A stretch of DNA of 63,611 bases, filler included, from Welwitschia mirabilis (taxonomy: Eukaryota): assembly GCA_051453625.1 (NCBI GenBank). It is 6 parts of one record of this genome, joined end to end, with 100 filler letters (N's around TTAATTAATTAA, not from the genome) between each part and the next. Parts side by side here need not be neighbours in the genome. Positions count along the whole stretch, not along the records: positions 24,562 to 33,023 come from JBOZIK010000001.1; positions 33,124 to 50,810 come from JBOZIK010000001.1; 4 more parts are not named here. One strand, given 5' to 3'. This document shows, piece after piece, positions 24,562 through 35,908 of this stretch (the first letter of the stretch is position 1; each line of letters starts with the position of its first letter). The translations under genes were made by a program, and so were the position numbers. Below the pieces are notes generated by a model that did no database searches, was not told where the DNA came from, and saw only the letters and a program-made list of their open reading frames with translations.

Positions 24562-27468
24562 ACAATGGAAGAGCAAAAATAGAAGGCATTGGAAGCATTG
24601 GTGGAGGTAACCTTCCTAGAATTAATGAAGTTTTATATATAAGTGGTTTGAAGTACAATTTATTGAGGATTAGTCAAATTTGTGATAAAGGTTACAAAGT
24701 AGTTTTTAATAAATCAAAATGTAAAATTGTGCATGAAAAACTGAACGATGTGATTCTTAGAGCTAGTAGAATAGATAATGTGTATAGCATAGTCCAATCA
24801 TTTTCTCCTCATTATTTCTCGAATGTTCCTTAATATGATTCATGGAATAAACATTTAAGACATGTTAATTATGATCAATTAAAAATGATTATTCATAAAA
24901 ATATTGTTAGAAGAATTCATAAGATAAACATAAAAAAACAAGGGTTGTGTAATGTGTGTTAAAAGGGAAAATAAATTAGAATCTCTCATAAGAGTAAAAC
25001 TCATATTTCCACTTTAATGCCATTAGAACTTATTCATATGTATTTACTTAGACCTGCTTAAACTTGTAGTCTAGGTGGAAAATGTTATTTTCTTACAATG
25101 GTTGATGACTACTCTAGATATACTTAGATATCCTTTTTATCCAACAAGTCTAAAGCTTATAAGCATTGGGTTAAAATTTTCAATAAGATCCAAAATGAAA
25201 AGGGTTACACTATAAAGAGAATAAGAAGTGATCACAGTGGTGAATTTAAAAACCATTTCTTTGAAAAGTATTGCATTGAAAATGGTATTGATCTTTAATT
25301 TTCAGCTTCAGAGATACCATAACAAAATGGTATATCTAAAAGAAAGGACAGAGTTTTCAAGAAATGGCTCAAACTATACTAAATGATAAATAACTACTAA
25401 ATCTTTTTGGGTTAAAGCAATTAGCATAACATGTTATATTATAAATAGAGTTTATCTTAAATCAAGTATTGAAAAAACACCTTATGAGCTATGGAATGGA
25501 AGACAACCAAATTTGTCATACTTTAAGATGTTTGAAATTAAATGATATGTCCTAAAAGATAGAGAACATTTGAGTAAATTTCACTCAAAATCTGATGAAG
25601 CTATCTTTTTAAGATATTCAACAAGAAGTAAAACCTACCATGTTTTCAACAACAGAAGATTAACTGTAAAAGAGTCAATAAATGTGCAAACTAATAAGAT
25701 TGACCTAAAAGTAAGCAACTCAGATGAAGAAGAAATCATAACCCCAAGTATTCCCATTTCAAATAAAGGTGTTACTAAAATAAATAAAGGTCAAGTAAAA
25801 GAAGGAACATTGAAAAAGCCTAAAATTCTAAAAGATCATCTGTTATAATCCATCATTAGAGAAGTTAACTCAAGAGCAAAAATAAGAGGTTCAATGAAAA
25901 ATTTATGTGTTCATGTCTACTATGTTTTAAAAATAAAACTCAAAAACTTTGAAGAAGTAGAAAATCATGAAGATTAGATGTTAGCAATGTAGGATGAGCT
26001 ACAATAGTTTAAGATAAATAATGTTTGGAAACTAGTAGAGAGACTAGAAAATAAGAATTTTTTTGGTACAAAATGGATCTTTAAGAACAAATGTAATGAA
26101 TAAAACTATGTTATCATAAATAAAGTAAGACTTGTAGCTCAAGGTTTTAACCAAATTAAAGGAATTGATGTAGAAGATACTTTTGCTCGTATTGCAAGAT
26201 TAGATAGCATTAGAATGTTTTTATCTTTTACAGCTTTTAAGAACTTCAAAGTTTATCAAATGGATGTAAAAAGTGCATTTCTGAATGGATCATTAAATGA
26301 AGAAGTTTATGTTGAATAATCTCAAGGTTTTATTGATCCGTATAGATTTGATCATGTGTACAGACTTAAAAAAGCTTTATATACATTAAAACAAGCACCA
26401 AGAGCATGGTATGAAAAGTTAGCTATCTTTTTAAATAAAAATAGATATGATCATGGAATGGTAAATAAAACTTTATTTATAAATAAGTTGAAAGATGATT
26501 TTATTATTATACAAATTTATATAGATGATATTATTTTTGGTGCCTCAAATGAAAATTTGTCAAAAAAATTCGCAAACATTATGATAAATCCATTTCAAAT
26601 GAGTATGCTTGATGAAGTTAAAATATTTCTTGGACTTTAGATAAAGTAAACTAATGATGGAATATTTATCTCTTAATTTAAATATGCAAGAGATTCAATC
26701 AAATGTTTTGATTTAGAAAATAAAAACATAGTTGATACTCCTATGTCTATTTCATGCAAAATAAGCCTAAATGAAAATAGTAAATTAGTAGATCAAAAAC
26801 TTTACAAAAGCATGATTAGTAGTTTATTATACTTAACCACAAGTAGATTAGATATTATATTTAGTATTGGAGTTTGTGTAAGATATTAATTTAATCCAAA
26901 AGAATCACATTTTCAAGTAGTAAAAAGGATAATTAGGTATATAAAAGGCATATGTAATTATGGTTTATAATATCTAAATGAAATATCTTTCGATCTTGCA
27001 GGCTTTAGTGATGTAGATCAGGCAGGATGCAAAGATGATAGAAATAGAACAAGTGGAAATTATTTCCTTCTAGATTCATGTCTAGTTAGATGGGCAAGTA
27101 AGAAATAAAACTCTATTTCTCTTTCTAATGTAGAAGCTGAATATATTACTATAGAAAGTTATTACACTCACCTCTTATGGATGAAAGAAATGTTAAGAGA
27201 TTTTGATATGTCTTTTGAATAAGTTCCTATTTTTTGTGATAATACCAATGCTATTAATATATCTAAAAATTTAGTTCAGCATTCAAAAATAAAGAATATT
27301 AAACTTAAACATCATTTTCTTTGTGATCAAGTTGAAAAAGATAATATATTTTATGAATTTTATTTCTATAGATTAACAATTAGCAAATATCTTTATTAAA
27401 ACCCTGAATTTTGATACTTTTATTCATCTCAGATATAAATTGGGTTTCTCTTACTATTCTATCATTAA
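24562..27468 (+). pseudogene. Copia pol pseudogene (pre-integrase, integrase, RT, RNase H)
   Basis: GLKYNLLRISQICDKG; RIRSDHSGEF; SKFHSKSDEAIFLRYSTRSK; YRLKKALYTLKQAPRAWYE..QIYIDDIIFGA; GFSDVD..CKDDRNRTSG. Confidence 0.92.
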
Positions 27469-29075
27469 GTGTAGGGTGGTTAACCGAATATCATATTTGG
27501 TCAACTGGTATAGGTCGGCCGATCAATTTTATACTTAGTTATCAGGTTTCTTAAAAAGTTTTTATAACAGCTATAATAGTAGTAAAATAAAAGATAATTA
27601 TTTAATTTGTTATCTAATTTACTCTTTTGCTATTTGATATGGATTCTTATTCTTAAATATTAAAATGTATTATTTTGTTTTATCTTTGGGTGGACTTTTT
27701 GCATTTGAAAATCATCATCTCATTTGACATACCTATTTTATTCATAATGCAAATTAGTCATTTATTATAGCATAATTACTGAACTTATTTGGTATATCTT
27801 AGTTAGTAGTATAAATTTATATGTGCTATTTTGGAAAGACTAAAATTGTTATCTCACTTAAAGATGAGCCAAAACATTTTTGTCAATAAATTTAATAAAT
27901 GTTTTATGATCACATTTTGCATTATCATTTCGTATTATGATGTTTTATCAAAATTATGCATAATTAAATTTGTCATATTTAAAAGCACAAAAATGTTGTC
28001 TATTCTAAATACCATAAATGTGTATCAAATTTTAGCTTTTTTTTTTTTTTTAATCATTTGGTATCAAGATAAGAGGAGAAAAATTCTTAATACTTTTGGC
28101 TATATATCCAAGTTTTATATTTATGTGCCATTGATATCAAAGGAGGAGAGAATAAGAAAAGAAAATGATTATTTTAGAAATGTTTTACTCTTTTGATTTA
28201 ATGATTATATGCGTTGATGTAAGGGAAAGTTTTGATTTTACTGTGTGCTTAAAATTATTTTGTGAATAAGATTAAAATCATTCAAATTTTTAAAATCACT
28301 TATTTATTTGCCATCCATGTCAAAGGAGGAGATTATTATATTATGTTTTCCAATTGATATCAAACTAATATTCCTTGTGTAGTGAAAAATGTTATATCTT
28401 CTGTGCAGATGAGATTGAGTTTTATAGTTGAAAGGATTAAACCAAAAATGCATTAAAAACTTACTGAGTTATGTTAATCTTCAAAAGGGGTCGACCAAAT
28501 CCTAAAAGGTTGACTGCGCCTGAAGCTATCACAAGAAAAATGGACTGAACCCATAGGGATCAACTAGATTCTCATGGAGTCAACTAAACATGAGAAACTA
28601 ATAGGCACTAGTCCTAAACCAAGAGAAAAGAGGCCAACTAAATTTTAATGGACTTAACTGGACCTGAGAAGATGATAGACCATAGATCCAGACCGATAAG
28701 CAAGGGGTCGACCAGACCTAAGATGGAGTCAACAAAACTCTTATGGAGTTGACTGGATTTTTATGGAGTCAACTGGACAGTGTGAAAAAGTAAAATATCT
28801 AAACATTATGTATCTGTTAACTAGCCATTACCTAGCCATTTATAGCCGTTGGAGGTGTAATTTATTTGTAATAAATCCTAGTAGATCTCTATTATAAATA
28901 ACTATGATATTATTAACTTAGAGAGCTTTTTAACACTTTTTGTATTTGGCATAATCATTATGGATCTAAAAGATCNNNNNNNNNNNNNNNNNNNNNNNNN
29001 NNNNNNNNNNNNNNNNNNNNNNNNNNNNNNNNNNNNNNNNNNNNNNNNNNNNNNNNNNNNNNNNNNNNNNNNNNN

Positions 29076-31786
29076 TTTCTACAGATCAACAATTAGTAGA
29101 TATCTTTACTAAACCCCTGAATTTTGATACTTTTATTCATCTCAGACATGAAATGGGGGTTCTTTCTTCATTCTATATCATTAAGTGTAGGGTGATCGAC
29201 CGAACATCATATTCAGTTGACAAATATAGGTCGATCGACTAGTTTTATACTCGATCACCCATTTCCTTAAAAAGTTTTGTAGTAGTAGCAGCAATAGCAA
29301 AATAAAGGACAATTATCAAATTTGTTATCTAATTTATTATTTTTTTGTTTACTATATATTTTTATACTTAAATATTCTCCTGAGTTATTTTGTCTTATCT
29401 TCATATGAACATTTTGCATTTAAAAATCATCATCTCATTTGACATACTTGTTTTTATTCATAATGCAATTTCAATTCTCTTTTTTTACATGATTTTTTAC
29501 ATTCAGTTAGCATATCTCAATTGAAAATGAGCCAAAATATTTATGTCAATCAATAAAATGAGTGTTTTAGGATTATATTTTACATTATCATGTGGTATTT
29601 TGATGTGTTCTCAAAGTTTATCATTCAAGTGCATAAAAATGTTGCCTATTATAATGCCTTAAATGTGTATCAAATATTTGGCTTATTATTGTTTATCATT
29701 TAGTATCAAGATAGGGGGAGAAAATATTCTTGATATCTCTAACCATATATCTAAGTTTTATGTTTATTTTTCATTGATGTTAAAGGAAGAGAGAAGATAC
29801 AATGTGCTTTCAAAAGTTTTTCTTAAAATATTAGGCTTTCAAATTATTTATATTTAAGTGCTTAGTCAAAGGGGAAGAAATGATTATTTATTTTACTCTT
29901 TACTTGAATTTGTATATGTCTTAATGTAAGGGGGAGTTTTGATTTTTAATGTATCCTTAAAAGTATTTGGTGAATGAGCTTAAATTGTTTAAATTTTTAA
30001 AACCACTTATTTTATTGCCATCAATGTCAAAGGGGGAGATTGTTAAATTATATTTTCCAATTGATGTTAAACTAATTTATCTTGTATAGTGTAAAAGTGT
30101 TATATCTTGTGTGCAGATGAGATTAAGTTTTATAGGTAAAAGAATTAGATCAAAATTCACTAGAACAATTACTNNNNNNNNNNNNNNNNNNNNNNNNNNN
30201 NNNNNNNNNNNNNNNNNNNNNNNNNNNNNNNNNNNNNNNNNNNNNNNNNNNNNNNNNNNNNNNNNNNNNNNNNNNNNNNNNNNNNNNNNNNNNNNNNNNN
30301 NNNNNNNNNNNNNNNNNNNNNNNNNNNNNNNNNNNNNNNNNNNNNNNNNNNNNNNNNNNNNNNNNNNNNNNNNNNNNNNNNNNNNNNNNNNNNNNNNNNN
30401 NNNNNNNNNNNNNNNNNNNNNNNNNNNNNNNNNNNNNNNNNNNNNNNNNNNNNNNNNNNNNNNNNNNNNNNNNNNNNNNNNNNNNNNNNNNNNNNNNNNN
30501 NNNNNNNNNNNNNNNNNNNNNNNNNNNNNNNNNNNNNNNNNNNNNNNNNNNNNNNNNNNNNNNNNNNNNNNNNNNNNNNNNNNNNNNNNNNNNNNNNNNN
30601 NNNNNNNNNNNNNNNNNNNNNNNNNNNNNNNNNNNNNNNNNNNNNNNNNNNNNNNNNNNNNNNNNNNNNNNNNNNNNNNNNNNNNNNNNNNNNNNNNNNN
30701 NNNNNNNNNNNNNNNNNNNNNNNNNNNNNNNNNNNNNNNNNNNNNNNNNNNNNNNNNNNNNNNNNNNNNNNNNNNNNNNNNNNNNNNNNNNNNNNNNNNN
30801 NNNNNNNNNNNNNNNNNNNNNNNNNNNNNNNNNNNNNNNNNNNNNNNNNNNNNNNNNNNNNNNNNNNNNNNNNNNNNNNNNNNNNNNNNNNNNNNNNNNN
30901 NNNNNNNNNNNNNNNNNNNNNNNNNNNNNNNNNNNNNNNNNNNNNNNNNNNNNNNNNNNNNNNNNNNNNNNNNNNNNNNNNNNNNNNNNNNNNNNNNNNN
31001 NNNNNNNNNNNNNNNNNNNNNNNNNNNNNNNNNNNNNNNNNNNNNNNNNNNNNNNNNNNNNNNNNNNNNNNNNNNNNNNNNNNNNNNNNNNNNNNNNNNN
31101 NNNNNNNNNNNNNNNNNCATGAGTTAACCGAACATCAGAAGCTGACAGTCCATAGTTCTAGACCAAAAGGCAAGAGATCAACTGAACCCAAGATGAGGTC
31201 GACCGAGTTCTTATGGGGTCAACAATATTTTTTTGTAGGGTCGACCAGATGATGCAAAAAAGTAAAATTTGTAAACATTATGTATCTATTGCCTAGCCAT
31301 TACCTAGAAATTTTCTAGCTGTTTATAGTCATTGGAGGCATAATTCATTTGTAATAAACACTAGTAACCCTCCATTATAAATAGCTATGCTATTGATGAC
31401 CTAAAAATCTTTTGGCACTATTCTAATTTGGCATAATCATTGTAGATCTAAAAGATCAAACTGTATTTTCATTAGTGTATTATTGTATTTCTTCACATCT
31501 GATTAAGAATATCTATCTTTAGTAAAAGAGCTTCACTCAAAATCAGATCTAAGAGCTTCATCATTATGATCTATTAGAGAAAAGTTCCATTCATTATACT
31601 ACTACCAAACATGTAATATCTAAGTAATTAAGGCATTATTACATCACATCCATTGCTTTCAAAAGTTGAGACTTAGCCTGTAAAAGGCTGCTTATAAGGG
31701 TTACAGGTAAACTTGGCAAAACCTATGGAGTAATAGAAATCTGAGATCAAGCTTAGGAGAAGCTGATCATTGAGAGTGGAGTAGGA
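29076..31786 (+). mobile_element. 3' end of a second Sirevirus copy: RNase H tail, multi-PPT spacer, LTR from 30041
   Basis: DQQLVDIFTKPL. Similar to 27365-28460. AGGGGGAG-like tracts at ~29712, 29782, 29868, 29928 and 30029, then TGTTAAA. Confidence 0.85.
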
Positions 31787-33022
31787 TATTAGATTATATT
31801 TACTAATTGATGTCAAAATAATTCCTTTGGTGTAGTGAAAAGTTAGATATTATGTGCAGGTGAGCTTAAGTTATGCAGGTAAAAGATGTGGACCAAATGC
31901 ACAAAAGGAATTACTAAGTTATTTAACTCTAGTAGGGGTCGACTAGATCTTAGAGGGGTTGACTGCACCTAAAGTAGAAACAACAAAAATGAACTGAACC
32001 CAGCGGGATCCACTAGTTTATTAAGGGGTCAACCGGACCTNNNNNNNNNNNNNNNNNNNNNNNNNNNNNNNNNNNNNNNNNNNNNNNNNNNNNNNNNNNN
32101 NNNNNNNNNNNNNNNNNNNNNNNNNNNNNNNNNNNNNNNNNNNNNNNNNNNNNNNNNNNNNNNNNNNNNNNNNNNNNNNNNNNNNNNNNNNNNNNNNNNN
32201 NNNNNNNNNNNNNNNNNNNNNNNNNNNNNNNNNNNNNNNNNNNNNNNNNNNNNNNNNNNNNNNNNNNNNNNNNNNNNNNNNNNNNNNNNNNNNNNNNNNN
32301 NNNNNNNNNNAGTAAATCTTGTAGATGTTATGCATCCATTACTAGTCATTACCTAGCCATTTTCTAGCCATTCATAGCTTTTGGAGGCACAATTTAATTA
32401 TATTAAATCCTAGTAATCCTTTATTATAAATACCTAGGCAAGAGATAACCTAGAGATCTTTTTGGAACATTTTCAAATTGGTATATTCATTATGAATTTG
32501 AAAAATGAAGTAGCATATTACATTGGAATATCTTTTGTACTGATTCATATCTGATTGAGGAGATCTATTCTTGGATTANNNNNNNNNNNNNNNNNNNNNN
32601 NNNNNNNNNNNNNNNNNNNNNNNNNNNNNNNNNNNNNNNNNNNNNNNNNNNNNNNNNNNNNNNNNNNNNNNNNNNNNNNNNNNNNNNNNNNNNNNNNNNN
32701 NNNNNNNNNNNNAAAGATTAAGGCTTAACCTATAAAAGTCCATTGTCAAAGGTTGAGACTTAACCTACAATGTCCATCGTTAAGGTTGAGACTTAGCCTA
32801 TAAAATTTTGCTTATAAGGACTAACAAGTGAGCTTGGCAAAACCTATGAAGTAATAGAGATCTGATATCAAGCTTGGGAGAAGCTGATCATCGAGAGTGG
32901 AGTAGGGGAATTCCCGAATCACTATAAATCCTATATGCATTCAAACTGGTAGTTTCTATTTTATAGCTTACTTTCTATTTTTATTTGTTCTTTGTATGCA
33001 TGATCATGATTTCATTATTTAT
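31787..33022 (+). repeat. Further Sirevirus LTR inserted into the preceding LTR
   Basis: Host LTR stops at gagagtggagtagga and the LTR start tattagatt..ttgatgtcaaa restarts. The uninterrupted host sequence is seen at ~32895. ~30-bp repeats (aaggttgagacttaacct) at 32715-32805. Confidence 0.8.
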
Positions 33023-35734
33023 TNNNNNNNNNNNNNNNNNNNNNNNNNNNNNNNNNNNNNNNNNNNNTTAATTAATTAANNNNNNNNNNNNNNNNNNNNN
33101 NNNNNNNNNNNNNNNNNNNNNNNATTTATATTTCAATTTAGTAATTTATTAGGTTTGCCACTTGCATTTCATGTGATCTTGACGGTTACCACATTGATTA
33201 TTATTTTGCAACAAACTTGGCCTACACTTTGCATTTCATGTGATCTAAGTAATTACCACATTTATTTAGTATATCTTACTCCTTACACCTTTAAGTAATC
33301 CTGTAGATTAATGCCACTTTGATAGGGTAATGGTAAATAGCAATAAAGGCAAATACACTTATGAAAGATGTTTTTTTGATGAAGCAATCAAAGAAGATTT
33401 GGTGGACTTCAATTAAAGAATTTAAGGTGAGAAAGAAAAATTTATTTATTTAATTAAGTAAGATAATTATTCTATATTTACTATTTCTTATTTGCATACT
33501 CTAAAATCTTTAAAAATTTTTGAAAATTAATTAAGTTCTACTAAAAATCCTGCCTCTCCTCTTTTACCTAATCATCTTAATACTCTACCTCTATGGCATC
33601 TGATAAATATTCACTCAAAGTATCAGGATCCTTTAATTCACATGCCACTTTAAAGAATATTTTAGCTAACGAAAAGAGGGAAATTCAAAACCCATTTAAC
33701 CTATTCCTCAGAAATGATGTAGAGTAAAATAACTTAAATGCCTATCCTACCTTTTTTGAAGAACCTAATAAAGACCCATTCCAACACATAGCCGAGATTG
33801 AATAACTCATCCTTACTTTAAGAAATGAAAAAAATGAAATTTCAGATAGAACCTACATAATAATATTTCCATTTACCTGAAAAGAAAAAGTGAAATTTTG
33901 GCTTAAAACCTTTCCATGTAGAAGTCTTAAGTCATGGAACCAAGTATAAAAAGTCTTTATCAAATGATTCATGAATGATATAGTTATGAGGATAAGAAAA
34001 ATAGAGGGAATCAATTTCTAATAATACCCTCATGAAGATTACTCAACATATAAAATATTTTTAATAGCTATATCATTTAACTTATTAAATGAGTTTGCAA
34101 AAGAAGAACTTATTGATCACTTCTATAGTTGATTAAATAGTCAAACCAAACAAATGTTATATTTTTCATGTGATGGAAATTTGCTTAATTTAAACTTAGA
34201 TGATTCTTAGAACATATTATAAGACCTTGTAAAAAGAAGTTAAAATTTTCCAAAAACTACATGTAAAGATACTAGAATTATTGGTGAAATACTTAGAGAT
34301 TTGAAAAAAGTACAATATGAGAAATAATAACCAAATGTTAACATCCTACTTATTGATATTACTAGTACATTAGACAGTTATACAAAAGCTTTAACTAATG
34401 CAAAATTACTAAATCAACTTTACCATTATGAAATATATGATGAAAACTCTCATTCTACCAAGGAATGCCTAAGTTTACCAACTTGTAAAGGGGCCCTATT
34501 CAATGAATTTTAATCAAAGGCCAAATAACTTTGGAGGCAATCAANNNNNNNNNNNNNNNNNNNNNNNNNNNNNNNNNNNNNNNNNNNNNNNNNNNNNNNN
34601 NNNNNNNNNNNNNNNNNNNNNNNNNNNNNNNNNNNNNNNNNNNNNNNNNNNNNNNNNNNNNNNNNNNNNNNNNNNNNNNNNNNNNNNNNNNNNNNNNNNN
34701 NNNNNNNNNNNNNNNNNNNNNNNNNNNNNNNNNNNNNCAACATATAAAAGGATTTTGATAGTCATGTCATTCAACCGAGTAAATAGGTTTACAAAAGAAT
34801 AACTTATTGATCACTTTTATAGTAGATTGAATAGTCAAATAAAACAAATGGTAGATTTTTCATGTGGTGGAAATTTACTCAATTTAAACATAGATAATGC
34901 TTGAAAGTTATTATAAGATCTTATAGAAAGAAGCAAAAATTGGCTAAACTACACATAAAGACACTAGAATTGTAGGTGAAATGCTTAAAGATTTGAAAAA
35001 AGTATAATATAAGAAAGAACAACCAAAGGTTAACACCCTACTTAGTGATCTTACCAGTATATTTGAGAGTTATACAAAAGCTGTAATTGATGCAAACTTG
35101 CTAAATCAACTTAATCATTGTAAAATATGTGATGAAAACTCTCATTCTATCAAGAAACGCCTAGCTTTACCAACTTGTAGAGAGGCTATATTCAATAAAG
35201 TTTATGCATTCAATCAAATGCCAAATAACTTTGGAGCCAACCAATAATACCCACCATAAAATAATGGACCTTCAACATCTTTTAAACCATTCTTTAATAA
35301 CAAATATGGAAGCCATAACTCTTAGCATAATTTTTCCAACTATGACAGAAGTCATCCTTGTAGAAAAATAATGAAAGAACTCAAAAAGATGCAAGATACC
35401 ACCAATGAAATTTTATAAAATCAAAATAAAAACCTAGAAAATTTGATTAGCTTCCTTCAACAAAACATGCTAGGAAATTAAAGGTCATAGATATCACTTG
35501 TTGCCTAAACTATTCCAAACCTAAATGATGTGAAGAAAGATTGGAAAGTAGTTACATGATGTGAACATCATACTACTCTCCATGCTAAACCCTTAATTTC
35601 TTTCCACAAAGACAAAGAAGTACATTAATAAAATTATGTTGAAATTCTTAATCAACCAAACCTTCCTCCTACTCTCAACTCTAAATTCAACAATAACAAC
35701 CAACATCTAAAGAAGAATACTACCCCTTCCCATG

Positions 35735-35908
35735 TCGTTAAACAGTACCATACATACCTGGGCAACCATCCCATCAGAGAGAGACAACCATACTTATGGT
35801 CCAGTCACCGGGGTATAATTGCAGACTGGCCTGCATCCCCCTCCCCCCCCCCCCCCCCCCCAAACACGCACGGGCCGCCAATCAAGCTCTGCTTCCCACC
35901 CACTATAG
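35735..35908. other. 174-bp GC-rich foreign insertion flanked by ATG direct repeats
   Basis: Absent from the homologous site in E (~50035-50060). ATG at 35732-35734 and 35909-35911. Contains a poly-C tract and intact CpGs. Confidence 0.75.

Larger units (their letters stand above)
23690..28975 (+). mobile_element. Sirevirus (SIRE/Maximus)-type Ty1/Copia element; gag/protease missing at the linker gap
   Basis: LTR from 23690 (TGTTAG..ttgatgtcaaa), INT-RT-RH order, PPT AAAGGAGGAGA at 28322, second LTR from 28334. Confidence 0.85.

Noticed and set aside
27831-28196. Hydrophobic ORF as Sirevirus env
   Set aside because: Low-complexity AT-rich translation; the frame is not preserved in the sister copy (29500-29860).
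30077-31127. Long ORFs in the track (also 9207, 32021, 34503, 58685-59405)
   Set aside because: Made of X from N gaps.
35735-35908. Insert as Helitron, SINE, CACTA or T7-vector sequence
   Set aside because: No CTRR end, B-box, tail or TIRs; CACTATAG is too short a match to the T7 promoter.
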